A stretch of 64,000 nucleotides of DNA from Anaerolineaceae bacterium (GTDB lineage: Bacteria > Chloroflexota > Anaerolineae > Anaerolineales > Anaerolineaceae), in assembly GCA_035388405.1 (NCBI GenBank), contig DAOOPV010000007.1, positions 63 to 64,062 on the forward strand. The letters run 5' to 3'. The position numbers and the translations under genes were made by a program. The notes beneath the pieces were generated by a model. The model ran no database searches. It saw nothing but the letters and a program-made list of their open reading frames with translations, and was not told the DNA's origin. Of the stretch, positions 43,893 to 53,256 are shown one piece after another. Position 1 is the first letter of the stretch; every line of letters begins with the position of its first letter.

Positions 43893-44633
43893 CTAAATTT
43901 TAGTGCCGCACTCCGGGCAGAATTTAGCGCCTTTTACTTCCGTCCCGCATTTGGGACAGACCACCGGGCCACGCTCAATCTTCGTCCCGCACTCGGGGCA
44001 GAATTTGGCACCATGTGCATCGGCGCCGCAGCTGGGGCATTTATCTGCTATCGGCTGTGCCATGACCGTCCCACACTCGGGACAAAACTTTGTGCCAGCC
44101 GCTGCCATCACTCCGCAATTGGGGCATTTTGCTGTGCTGTTCTGGGCCTGGCGGATCGAGCTTTCGGCAGTTTTGAGTACACCTGTCAACCCGAAGGCGT
44201 CGGCAAAGCCCTTGATTGCTGAACCTGCCTGTGCACCGCGCGCTTCGGCGATTTCTTCGGAACGCGGGCTATCTTCCTGGCAAAAGCCGCTCTGGCTGTC
44301 AAAATCGGAAAGACACACCACCCGCCCACAGGTGGGGCACTCGCGGAAGTTGACCTGCACCTGCCCCCAGGCTTTTTCAAGCTGCTGCGGGTTGAGCTTC
44401 ATGCTGTAGCGTGGGTCTTCACCCAGCACATTCTCTGCTGCCGCGCTGCCCACCAGGGGCACCTTACGCAGCAGGTTGCCCAGGGCTTGCTTACCAAAAT
44501 CCTTGGTGGCAGTCCCTACAAAATCGGGCTGGCTGCGGAACTCGCGTTCGCAGGCGTCACAATAGAAAACAGCATACGGTCCAGCGCCATCATTGCGGAC
44601 ATCATAACGCGGCATGCGGGAGAAAGGTTCCAT
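43893..44633 (-). CDS. Multi-zinc-ribbon protein (N-terminal CxxC...CxxC domain plus a C-terminal tandem array of four CPxCG zinc-knuckle pairs)
   Basis: 246 aa. The C-terminus is AKCPNCG...KFCPECGTV...DKCPSCG...KFCPECGTKI...VCPKCG...KFCPECGTKI. The repeat is also visible in the DNA (ccgcactc(c/g)gggcagaattt at about 43907 and about 43977). Confidence 0.7.
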   Translation of the reverse strand: MEPFSRMPRYDVRNDGAGPYAVFYCDACEREFRSQPDFVGTATKDFGKQALGNLLRKVPLVGSAAAENVLGEDPRYSMKLNPQQLEKAWGQVQVNFRECPTCGRVVCLSDFDSQSGFCQEDSPRSEEIAEARGAQAGSAIKGFADAFGLTGVLKTAESSIRQAQNSTAKCPNCGVMAAAGTKFCPECGTVMAQPIADKCPSCGADAHGAKFCPECGTKIERGPVVCPKCGTEVKGAKFCPECGTKI

Positions 44634-44765
44634 GGTTGCCTCCAGAAGTGTCTAGGTGGGATGCAGAATGAGTTGAAAGCATTATACATCTCCCGATAAA
44701 TTTCATCTAATAATCCCTGTCTTATGTTGAGTATAACTAACTATTCACCTTAGCCAGGTTTCTGA

Positions 44766-45413
44766 TCAGTTTGTTAAGTAAGTGATGACTTGATCCAAAG
44801 AAGACAATGTCGCGCTGGTCATCTCCAGATAGGGCTGGTTCGGTACTTTCATGTCGGGGACGCAGATGACTGGGATATTTGCTGAAAAAGCAGCTTGAAT
44901 TCCCGCCTCACTGTCTTCCAATACCAAGCAATCTTCTGGCTTCTCAGAAAGCTTTTCACATGCTCGCAGAAAAATATCCGGGGCTGGTTTTCCTCGTTTT
45001 ACTTCATAACCAAAAACCATCTCATCGAAGCTATCGACAAGATTGTGTTGTCGCAAGATGTTGAGCGCTCTTTCTTCAATACTTGAAGAAGCCATGGCGA
45101 TCTTGTAATTATTCGTTTTCAGGAATGAGAGTAGTTCCCTGGCGCCAGGTTTTAAGTCCACACCCTGGGCAATGAACCCATTCTCAATCTCGACTATCTG
45201 GCTAAAACCGAATTCAGGGGTCCAAGGTATGTGGTAAGTATCAATTAAGTACTTAACATTCAGTGCGATTGTTTTCCCGCTAAACTTTTGCGCATAGTCT
45301 TCCAAAGAAAATTCGCGGCCAATTTCAGCCAGGATTTCCTTGTAGATCCTGAATGAAATCAACTCGGTATCAACCAACAATCCGTCTAAATCAAAGATCA
45401 CCGCTTTTGTCAT
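44766..45413 (-). CDS. HAD-family hydrolase, canonical DxD type (beta-phosphoglucomutase/phosphatase-like)
   Basis: VIFDLDGLLVDT (canonical motif I), ASSS, GKPAPD, LEDSEAGIQAA. Confidence 0.8.
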   Translation of the reverse strand: MTKAVIFDLDGLLVDTELISFRIYKEILAEIGREFSLEDYAQKFSGKTIALNVKYLIDTYHIPWTPEFGFSQIVEIENGFIAQGVDLKPGARELLSFLKTNNYKIAMASSSIEERALNILRQHNLVDSFDEMVFGYEVKRGKPAPDIFLRACEKLSEKPEDCLVLEDSEAGIQAAFSANIPVICVPDMKVPNQPYLEMTSATLSSLDQVITYLTN

Positions 45414-45560
45414 GTGTTTGCTCTTTTAGGGGAATTCCAAATAGAACTATTACTTCGTCATCTGTTTGGAATTGTACTACCTACCCGGCGTCTGGGTAGT
45501 ACCTATGGCCGCCAAGTCCGCTTCTTTTGTGGTTCTCGAGTATCGTGAGACGTGAATTGG

Positions 45561-45893
45561 CTATTTTCGTATGAACTGATGGTCGGAATCAGGAATTCCT
45601 GCATTGTCTGATGAGTATCTTTCTACTTTCATGTGCAAATCGTACTTTTCACGAAGATCCAGTATTTTTTCCATGACAGGAGAGGAATGATGCTCATCAA
45701 GGTCAGACTGGCTCTGCCAGCAATCTATCAGTAACACCGTCTCCGGATCGTTCATCGGCAGGAAGTATGCATACTTCAGGTTGCCTTGCTTGCGGCGAAT
45801 CTGCTCAGCGATCCCAAGGCTTTCCATTTCCTCGGCAAACTTCCCGGCACTTCCATCTTTACCGGAATAATAAACATTCACGCTAATGCTCAT
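45561..45893 (-). CDS. Antibiotic-biosynthesis-monooxygenase (ABM)-like small protein
   Basis: 110 aa. The ferredoxin-like ABM pattern is present (VLLIDCWQSQSDLDEHHSSPVM). Confidence 0.55.
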   Translation of the reverse strand: MSISVNVYYSGKDGSAGKFAEEMESLGIAEQIRRKQGNLKYAYFLPMNDPETVLLIDCWQSQSDLDEHHSSPVMEKILDLREKYDLHMKVERYSSDNAGIPDSDHQFIRK

Positions 45894-46069
45894 GTTGTTT
45901 CCCTTTAACCTTATTACTAAACAGCCTTAAGGCTTACATGTCTTAATGGGTAGATTGTTAACCCTGGGCTAAATTGCTCCTGCATTATTCTTAAATACAG
46001 TCCAAAGTATTCTTTGAAGATCAACTGATTTATGGTGCTGCCACAAATAATTGATCATAAGTCTATGAG

Positions 46070-46390
46070 TTAGAAGAATATCTTTTGGAAGCCTATCCCG
46101 CATATCCTCAAATCGCGTTCAAAATCAAACAATCCTTTGTTCCTAACCAAATATTCGCGAAAGGCATCTGTTACCTCTTCTGACCTGCTCACTCGCAGGA
46201 TGTTCTCCTTAAACCGCTGCCACTCTGAGATTGGCATGACGTAGTGAAAGTCGTTATCGATCTCAAAGTCCACAGTCGCGCCGATCTCAGCACCTGAATT
46301 ATCGGTCCAGATGCGATAAAAAACGATATCAGACACCTCCATTTGCTCACTGCTGGTATATCCTAGTTCTATCCATTCATCGCTGTACAT
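46070..46390 (-). CDS. Hypothetical protein
   Basis: 106-aa ORF in the same orientation as its neighbours. No recognisable motif. Confidence 0.4.
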   Translation of the reverse strand: MYSDEWIELGYTSSEQMEVSDIVFYRIWTDNSGAEIGATVDFEIDNDFHYVMPISEWQRFKENILRVSRSEEVTDAFREYLVRNKGLFDFERDLRICGIGFQKIFF

Positions 46391-46429
46391 TTTTTCTCCA
46401 TTTAGTCTATTGCGGGTTCGAAATTGTAA

Positions 46430-47215
46430 CTATGACGCTTTGACTTGTAACAGTGTCTCAATAGCTCCTCTCAGGCTTTCAACGAGTAATGCTAACTCGG
46501 TTTCCATTCCTTCCCACTTGTCCTTAACCTCTCCCAAATATGCTTTCCTCGCGAGATCGAGCAAAGCAGCTTGCTCTTCAGGAAGTTGAGGGATTGCCCA
46601 CTCTGCTGCCTGATCTTTTGAGGTGAACTCACGCGTGGAGGTAGTAATCCACATCCTGGCTAAGGTCAAGATGACGTTGCGTTCATCGCCTTTGAGGCTT
46701 GCAATCAAGCCAGGCAAGGAATCTTTCATTGCTCTTTGAATGTCTTCCCATGGTATGGGTTCCAGTACTTCTTCCACCTCGGGTCCGGATAGCGTGATGC
46801 TGTTCATCTCGGCTTGAGCCAGGAGTAGGGCCAAATCCGGGTCATCTGTTGCGCCGGGGATTTCTCCCTTCTCGAATTGCTCTCTCAGCCACTCACCATA
46901 CATAAACTCGTACTTGGGAGGGAAATGCCAGGGAAGGACATTTTTTTGATTGACAACCGTAACCTCAAGTGGTCTGATACCTGTGGACCCTCCTGGTTTT
47001 CCGGAAATTTCCATTAGCTGTTTCGTGAGCTCGGTCCTCGAGCTTTCTGACAAACTGCAGTTTGTTAGGGCTAAAATGTCCACATCGCTATCGGCGCGCA
47101 AGCCACCCATGACCGCGGAACCATACAGATACACCCCGACCAATTGACACTCCAGCAACTCCTTTATGAGGTTCAGTGCTTGAATTGCTTCTTCTGGTAC
47201 CTGGTTGTACTTCAA
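46430..47215 (-). CDS. Aminoglycoside nucleotidyltransferase, ANT(3'')/ANT(9) (AadA-like) family
   Basis: GSAVMGGLRADSDVDIL is the nucleotidyltransferase G-S...DxD motif. Family blocks follow: LEVTVVNQKNVLPWHFPPKYEFMYGEWLR, ERNVILTLARMW, KDQAAEWA. TTG start at 47215. Confidence 0.8.
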   Translation of the reverse strand: MKYNQVPEEAIQALNLIKELLECQLVGVYLYGSAVMGGLRADSDVDILALTNCSLSESSRTELTKQLMEISGKPGGSTGIRPLEVTVVNQKNVLPWHFPPKYEFMYGEWLREQFEKGEIPGATDDPDLALLLAQAEMNSITLSGPEVEEVLEPIPWEDIQRAMKDSLPGLIASLKGDERNVILTLARMWITTSTREFTSKDQAAEWAIPQLPEEQAALLDLARKAYLGEVKDKWEGMETELALLVESLRGAIETLLQVKAS

Positions 47216-47319
47216 ATTAATATTCCCTTTAGATTACCTTTATCTTTATTGCATCCAAAGTCTTTTTTAGAACAATGACAGACTCGACGTGGACATTCTG
47301 TTGATAATAGGTTTTCACA

Positions 47320-48072
47320 TTATTCCGGCCAAATAAGATACAGAGTTTTTACTCCCATAATTTGTCCGCCTATATCATAGGCAACAACATAATCCGCGTC
47401 TCCTTTATGGTATGTTACACGTTCAATTAATTCTCCAGCAGCGTCAAAGGATGCAATTTTCACACTATCCGTACCATTTGGAAGCGGATAATTTGAATAA
47501 TCCAAGAATTCTACTGGTCTTAACTTTTCAGACTGTAACTCGCCTTTTTCGTCATAGCAGGTAATGACAAAAAAATCAGTTGGCACGGCAATGTATATCG
47601 TAATCTTAGATTTAAAATCGTTACCTTCAATTACAGTAGTCCCCTTAACTGCAGCAGTAGATAATGGTTTATCAGGTTCGAAATAGACGCCGTCTCCGTC
47701 ATAGTAGAGGTAATAAGCCGTTACAGAATTTTCACTTGTTTCGTCATCAATGTAGGCAACCATCGCTTCTGCTCCGATGGTCTTGCTGTCGACATCAGCT
47801 CCGAATGTGATGCCTATCACATTCTGGTCGCCCGCATAGGAAGTTTCAGAATCATAATTAAAAAAGTACACAGCAGATGCATCCAAATCAAACGAGTATT
47901 GGTGATTTGCAAACTTGGCATAATTTTTGCCATTCTGTTCTATTATTTGTCGATCATTAATAACAATAATGCCGATTGCCTTTTCATGGTTAACTACAAA
48001 CTCATTTTTCCCGCAACCTGTCAGCAAAATTGATATGGAAATGGCTACTAACAAAAGTGCATTCTTCTTCAT
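47320..48072 (-). CDS. Lipoprotein of unknown function
   Basis: MKKNALLLVAISISILLTGCGKNE is a signal peptide plus lipobox. Confidence 0.65.
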   Translation of the reverse strand: MKKNALLLVAISISILLTGCGKNEFVVNHEKAIGIIVINDRQIIEQNGKNYAKFANHQYSFDLDASAVYFFNYDSETSYAGDQNVIGITFGADVDSKTIGAEAMVAYIDDETSENSVTAYYLYYDGDGVYFEPDKPLSTAAVKGTTVIEGNDFKSKITIYIAVPTDFFVITCYDEKGELQSEKLRPVEFLDYSNYPLPNGTDSVKIASFDAAGELIERVTYHKGDADYVVAYDIGGQIMGVKTLYLIWPE

Positions 48073-48604
48073 GACTGTCCTCTCTGAAATGGCAGTTATA
48101 CCAGATACTTACCTCACATACTCGAGTCAATGCTATCCGATTTTCAGGCGAAAGTACACCAAAGTCACAGTAGATGAGGGTAGCTAAATCGAATTCTTCT
48201 TCAAAGTCAATTGTTAGATAGTCTTGATAGATGAATTCGTTCTTTTCGTCTCCAAAATGCTCACTCGCGTAAGCAATCGAGCGTCGCGAGAAATCGATCC
48301 CTGTGATGCCTAACCCCTTGTCAGCAAAACGCTTGGCATACATTCCCGGACCACAACCGAAATCTAAAATTTTTCCATCTCTTCTCCCAAGCAAAGAAAC
48401 AATCCAGTCCACCGAGCGATCCATGAACCCATGCGTCCTGGAGGCGCTATCGACATCAGGGTCTAAATGCAGCGCCAACATTGATTTAGAGATATGTTCA
48501 TCATCCCAAAATGGAATGCCGGTTGTCGCGTACGCACTTGGTTTACTTCCGATCGTTTCAACAATTTTTCTGTATGGTGAAATGTTCATTTTCTTTTTCT
48601 CCAA
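48002..48604 (-). pseudogene. Class I SAM-dependent methyltransferase, apparently 3'-truncated
   Basis: Motif I ILDFGCGPG and the downstream GIDFS and IYCDFG blocks are intact. After about aa 160 (SPENRIAL) the sequence loses family character, runs 71 nt into the lipoprotein gene and stops. Confidence 0.5.
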
Positions 48605-48621
48605 GTGACTTTGAGAGCCAT

Positions 48622-49503
48622 TTATTCTGGCCCTTTTTCCGCAGCCACTTTCCTTTTTTTACTTAGATTATCATCGATGAAAACGGCAATATCTGACGCG
48701 ACACCTTCAGGGTCTTCACAATACAGCAAGTGCCCAACATTTTGATGCACGACAAGCTTAGAGCCAGGTATCACTCTTGCCAACTCCTCCTGACTTTCTC
48801 TAGATAGAAGTTTATCCTGATCTCCCCAAATAATCAGGGTAGGGGTATTGATTTTGTTGAGCTCGCCCGGGAATTGCTCCTGTAGCATGTGCTCAGTAGT
48901 TTCCCGCCATACTTTTGCTGGAACCTTCAGATTTTCCTGGATGATCATCTCCAGGAACTCTTGGGGAATGGGCTTAGATAGAGTACCCAAAGCAAAGTCT
49001 TCCACGAATTGCCTGTCAAGCGGGTCTGTCAATTTCGATATAGCTGAGTCCCAAATCTCCTGAACAGCAGGAATTCCCTGAAGGGTTGCTGGAGAACCAA
49101 GCAAAACAAGGGCTAGAGTCCTATCCGGATGATCAATGGTAAAGATTCTGGCTGGAAAGCCTCCACTGGACGCTCCCAGAATGACGGCCTTTTCGATATT
49201 CAGGGCATCCATGAACATCAAAAGATCTTCTTCGAAATCCCTGGTGGCGTAGCCTGATTCCGGGCGGCTTGAATTCCCATGACCTCTTTGGGTCAAGGCA
49301 TAAATATGCAATGATTTGGGTAGGTAACGAATGAGTGGTTCAAAGATATGCCAGGAGTCAGCTAATCCATGCAGCAGAATAATCGGGATTCCTGCAGCAG
49401 TACCCTGCTCAAAGTATGAAATCTTTACTTGATTTGGAAGTTCAATATACCCTTCAGCTTCTACCATGGATCGTTCCCCGTCCTTTATTAAACTACAATT
49501 CAC
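48622..49503 (-). CDS. Alpha/beta-fold hydrolase
   Basis: HGLADSW oxyanion region and the nucleophile elbow GASSGG. The start is GTG 49503, or alternatively ATG 49467. Confidence 0.8.
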   Translation of the reverse strand: MNCSLIKDGERSMVEAEGYIELPNQVKISYFEQGTAAGIPIILLHGLADSWHIFEPLIRYLPKSLHIYALTQRGHGNSSRPESGYATRDFEEDLLMFMDALNIEKAVILGASSGGFPARIFTIDHPDRTLALVLLGSPATLQGIPAVQEIWDSAISKLTDPLDRQFVEDFALGTLSKPIPQEFLEMIIQENLKVPAKVWRETTEHMLQEQFPGELNKINTPTLIIWGDQDKLLSRESQEELARVIPGSKLVVHQNVGHLLYCEDPEGVASDIAVFIDDNLSKKRKVAAEKGPE

Positions 49504-49619
49504 ATGGCATCTGCCTGGGAGGTCGGGCTGTCATAACATTTTGTGTGTCGATAACCCATTCGCCAAAACTCCCCTCCTGAAGTTTGGGGCAATGTTTTGT
49601 CAGACGCTCGTACATTCAT

Positions 49620-50513
49620 TCACCCTTTCTTTTTCCAGTTGGTCGAGGTCGCGAAGGGGCGAAAGCCGATGCTGTAGTAAAACTGCTGGGAAGAACCAAC
49701 AAAAGCCAATTTGGCTCCAAGCAATCCGACCCGGCGAATGCCTTCAAGAACAGCTGCTTTCCCCGAACCCAATTGCCGGTAGTCCGGATCGGTTGCGACC
49801 GGTTCTACCAATGCAAATCCACCCTCGGGGTCATACCACATGCCGCAATACGAAACGAAATTGCCTTCTGGCGAAACCACAGCGACCTTCAGGTCCAGAT
49901 CGACATTTGGGCGAAGCATTTCCTCTTTTGCGCTCAGTTCGTCTTCCAGTGAGAAAGCGAACATACCTTCCCCCCTTAATTCGTGGTTGAAACCTCTCCA
50001 CAATACGCGGCGGTATTGTGACAAATCGAAGCTTTCATTTAAAGTGGTGATAAAGAATCCTTCCGGCAGTTTATAGTCCAAGGAGGTTCTATCGATGTAG
50101 AAGACCGAATCCGGTTCCTTGCGTTGTGAAGCGACATAACCTAAGCGGGCAGCGATGTCCTGAAAAATGGGATCATTGTCGGGAATTACGATTTCAAAAC
50201 TGTCAGGAGTAGATAAATATTCCTCAGCATATTTCAGCATTTGTTCTTTTAAACCCCGATAATTCGGTTTTGTGAGGCAAAACGCGGTCCCTGGAACGGT
50301 GTCGAACGTGGCGATGCCCACGATTTCGCCATTTTCTTCCCATATCCCGATCTTACCAATCGCGGTCTTATCCAGGTAACTATGGGTTGCCATCCAATCC
50401 CACCGGGCGTAGCTGAATTCCGAATATCCCAGCTTTAGAATGAAAGCTCTGACTTTGAAATAATCATCTGTGATCCCGGCAATATTTGTATAATTACGAA
50501 AAACCGGTGGCAT
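49620..50513 (-). CDS. GNAT-family N-acetyltransferase
   Basis: 297 aa. The C-terminal acetyl-CoA-binding style block is VATDPDYRQLGSGKAAV. AAGGAG RBS. Confidence 0.65.
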   Translation of the reverse strand: MPPVFRNYTNIAGITDDYFKVRAFILKLGYSEFSYARWDWMATHSYLDKTAIGKIGIWEENGEIVGIATFDTVPGTAFCLTKPNYRGLKEQMLKYAEEYLSTPDSFEIVIPDNDPIFQDIAARLGYVASQRKEPDSVFYIDRTSLDYKLPEGFFITTLNESFDLSQYRRVLWRGFNHELRGEGMFAFSLEDELSAKEEMLRPNVDLDLKVAVVSPEGNFVSYCGMWYDPEGGFALVEPVATDPDYRQLGSGKAAVLEGIRRVGLLGAKLAFVGSSQQFYYSIGFRPFATSTNWKKKG

Positions 50514-50561
50514 GATTCTCCTTTTCCAGATTCGCGATCTTGTTATTTAAAGAATGTCTAT

Positions 50562-52331
50562 TTATGTAAAAATGCTACCGTCTCCACATGTGTTTGAGTT
50601 ACTAAAGGAAGACATAGAAACGTCCTCGTTTTGGGAAAAAGTACACGGAACGATTTGATTGCCATCTGAATCAAATTCTCTTCTCAAAACTTCGAATTTA
50701 CTTTTGTGTAACTTTTCCTTAAATCCGGTTTTGAAAACGAATGTGATTAAACCAGGGTCTGGTTTTCCACCTTCGCCATATCCTCCAATAATCGCTTTTT
50801 CGACTATGCTCTCAAACACGAATCGGTCGAATTTCTCCAAGATTGCCTGGTTTTCAAGCGTTGACCTAAAACTCTGTATCCGTGATCGAAGGTCGTCCTG
50901 TTGGTCTTTGGTTGCGGATAAATCGTTTAGTGTTGAATTCAGGGCGTCGAGATTACTGTCAATTTCAAATAACTTCCTGGAGAAAGACTCCTCGTCGATT
51001 GTTCCTTCAAGCCGTAAATCAATGAGTTTGCTCTTCTTGTGATCAGTGGTAAACAATTCCTTTTCAATTCTTTTGATGGTTTTTTCCACATTTTCTTCAG
51101 TAAGCGTCTCTTCGGTCAGTGTTAGGAATTCATCAATAAGCGCTTTATCGTTTCCACAAAGAAGCTTGTAGGCTTCAAGGAACGCATCCTCAATAATGCT
51201 TTCCTCAATTCCTTTGCTCTCTGGGCAAAACCTCTTGCCTCTTTTGGTAGCCAAAGTGCATTGCCAGATAATTTTCTTATGTCTTGCACCTGCATGCCAA
51301 CTGCGTCTGTTTAGATTAGTATTACAAAAACCACACTGTAACAAGCTGCTAAATGCGTATTTACGACTGTATTTCTCACGCTTCCCTTCCGGATTTAGTC
51401 GTCTGGGGTAACCTCGTCTTGCGAGGATTTCCTGAGCTTTTGCAAATACCTCCTCCGAAACAATTGGCTCGTGATGATCTTTAATGTAGTACTTGTCCTG
51501 CTCCCCGAAATTCTCCAGACGTCGTTTGGATATTGGATCTACTGTGAAGGTTTTTCCGAGGAGGAGATCCCCCTTATACTTTTCATTTTTGATGATGTTA
51601 ATTACGGTGGATGCGGGCCATTTGGCATGACCGTTTTTGGTTTTGTAGCCCAGGTTTTGCAGCTCATTTCCAAGAATTGTACAGCCTGCCCCTTCGATAT
51701 ACCGCTGAAAGATATATCGGACGATTTTAGCTTCTTCCTGATTGACTGTTAGGGATTTATCCTCCGGATGATAGTCATATCCCAGGCAACCCTGGAAGCC
51801 GACAATCTCACCCCGTTGCATTTTCATACGGAGCCCTTTTTTAACGTTAGCGGAAATATTTTCAACTTCCTGTTGTGCAACGGAGCTCAAAATGACCAAC
51901 AGCAACTCACCATCCATGGTAAGAGTATTGATATTCTCCTCTTCAAAGAAGACAGCGACATTCTTCTCTTTCAGCATACGAACATAGCGCAAGGTGTCCA
52001 GGGTGTTTCTGGCAAACCGCGAGATAGACTTGGTGATAACCAGGTCTATCTCTCCATTCATACAATCGTTGACTAGTCGTTGAAAATCCTCCCGATTTTT
52101 GATTTGTGTTCCTGTGATTGCCTCATCAGCATAGATACCAGAGAATACCCATTCGCTTTTGGATTTAATAAACTCCGTGTAATGCTGTACTTGGGATTTG
52201 TAGCTGCTTAGCTGGTCCTCACTGTCCGTGCTGACACGACAATAGGCTGCCACGCGCAATCGTTCGATTTCCTGGCCATTGCCTCGACGGGCAACTAAAC
52301 CTTGTCCTTTAATAACTTCAACTGGTTTCAT
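50562..52331 (-). CDS. Large serine recombinase
   Basis: 589 aa. The resolvase catalytic block is RVAAYCRVSTDSEDQ, followed by a recombinase domain and a Cys-containing zinc-ribbon region (CGFCNTNL...WQC) and a coiled coil. Confidence 0.9.
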   Translation of the reverse strand: MKPVEVIKGQGLVARRGNGQEIERLRVAAYCRVSTDSEDQLSSYKSQVQHYTEFIKSKSEWVFSGIYADEAITGTQIKNREDFQRLVNDCMNGEIDLVITKSISRFARNTLDTLRYVRMLKEKNVAVFFEEENINTLTMDGELLLVILSSVAQQEVENISANVKKGLRMKMQRGEIVGFQGCLGYDYHPEDKSLTVNQEEAKIVRYIFQRYIEGAGCTILGNELQNLGYKTKNGHAKWPASTVINIIKNEKYKGDLLLGKTFTVDPISKRRLENFGEQDKYYIKDHHEPIVSEEVFAKAQEILARRGYPRRLNPEGKREKYSRKYAFSSLLQCGFCNTNLNRRSWHAGARHKKIIWQCTLATKRGKRFCPESKGIEESIIEDAFLEAYKLLCGNDKALIDEFLTLTEETLTEENVEKTIKRIEKELFTTDHKKSKLIDLRLEGTIDEESFSRKLFEIDSNLDALNSTLNDLSATKDQQDDLRSRIQSFRSTLENQAILEKFDRFVFESIVEKAIIGGYGEGGKPDPGLITFVFKTGFKEKLHKSKFEVLRREFDSDGNQIVPCTFSQNEDVSMSSFSNSNTCGDGSIFT

Positions 52332-52572
52332 TATCCCTCACCTCACTATGTGTATCAACCATATTAGATTGTACACTATTAAGGGGTGTAGGTTGAATCC
52401 ATATTTCAGAAATTACACTAAATTTATCCATTAACTTGCTTCGAACTTTTTCATACTCAGTTCTTGTGATCAATTGATTGCTAAGGAGACGGCTAAGCAT
52501 TGCTAATTGCAAACTATATCTAAGAAGAGCGCCAGCCCCCATTGGTTCAGGTCTATCTATTTTTGGGTTCAC
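52318..52572 (-). CDS. Small ICE protein of unknown function
   Basis: 84-aa ORF. Both ends overlap neighbours (14 nt and 4 nt), which indicates translational coupling within the recombinase operon. Confidence 0.5.
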   Translation of the reverse strand: MNPKIDRPEPMGAGALLRYSLQLAMLSRLLSNQLITRTEYEKVRSKLMDKFSVISEIWIQPTPLNSVQSNMVDTHSEVRDNETS

Positions 52573-52868
52573 TTAACTTGACTCGATCTGCTGATGATTT
52601 TGAAACGAACAACAGCCCGGACTAAACGAGAAGTAAGCTGAGCCTCAATTTCGGGATTCGGCATCTTAATAATTAAGCCTCCTTCGTCTCTGACATTACG
52701 TCTGGATAAGTAGGTGATGTAAGGGTTGTAATGGCTGATAACTTGATCCATGGCTATTGGATCACCCTGAACTGCACAGATAATCACTGCGTATGGAATC
52801 AATCTGTTTGTTGGTATAGGTTCGTTTTCAAATTTCTGGACAGCCATTAGCGATTTTCTCCAAGTCAT
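52569..52868 (-). CDS. Conjugative-transposon HTH-type small regulator
   Basis: 99 aa. Its position between the sigma-factor-like gene and the recombinase is typical of Clostridial ICE regulatory modules. Confidence 0.5.
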   Translation of the reverse strand: MTWRKSLMAVQKFENEPIPTNRLIPYAVIICAVQGDPIAMDQVISHYNPYITYLSRRNVRDEGGLIIKMPNPEIEAQLTSRLVRAVVRFKIISRSSQVK

Positions 52869-53256
52869 GCTTAATTCTTTCTAAAGCAGAAGTCCGCCAG
52901 TTCTGAATCGTACTTCTTGGTATCTGTGTTATCTCGCTTATTTTTCGATCATTAAGACCATCAAAATAATACAAGTTGATGATCTGCTTTAAAGGTTCCG
53001 GTAGGTTTTGGATTACAGCTTTTAAAAGCTCATTGGTTATCCATAATCCATTAATTCGATATTCGGACAAGACATCCATAGGGTCAGGATTGATGAATAG
53101 ATACTCTTCATCAAGAGCTAGATCTGAAAAATTGAGAATTCTATTTTTTCGTCTGTTCATTGCTTTGTGAGCATTGATTGCTTCGTTCTTTAATGTCCGT
53201 TTGCAATAAGAATCGAACGCGTAACAGACACCTATTTCAAATGTTCCAGGGATCAT
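52828..53256 (-). CDS. Sigma-70-family (ECF-like, region 2/4) RNA polymerase sigma factor
   Basis: Region 4 HTH: LPEPLKQIINLYYFDGLNDRKISEITQIPRSTIQNWRTSALERIK. Confidence 0.7.
   Translation of the reverse strand: MIPGTFEIGVCYAFDSYCKRTLKNEAINAHKAMNRRKNRILNFSDLALDEEYLFINPDPMDVLSEYRINGLWITNELLKAVIQNLPEPLKQIINLYYFDGLNDRKISEITQIPRSTIQNWRTSALERIKHDLEKIANGCPEI

Larger units (their letters stand above)
44700..50561. other. AT-richer accessory block, contiguous with and co-oriented with the ICE (possible cargo region or separate island)
   Basis: There is a visible shift to AT-richer sequence and codon usage starting about 44.65-44.77 kb. All eight genes are on the minus strand, like the adjacent ICE genes. 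Only about 48 nt separate the recombinase stop (50562) from the GNAT start (50513). Confidence 0.5.

Noticed and set aside
43893-44110. Short direct DNA repeats that might be taken for a CRISPR-like or tandem-repeat array
   Set aside because: They are in frame within a coding sequence and encode repeated KFCPECGTK zinc-knuckle units. The spacing is irregular and there is no repeat-spacer architecture. I saw no CRISPR array anywhere in the window.
44634-44765. Looked for a tRNA gene or obvious attachment-site repeat at the composition boundary, and also at 45414-45560 and 50514-50561
   Set aside because: I saw no cloverleaf-compatible sequence or conserved T-loop (GTTCGAATC-like) motif. The other end of the element is outside the window, so att repeats cannot be confirmed.
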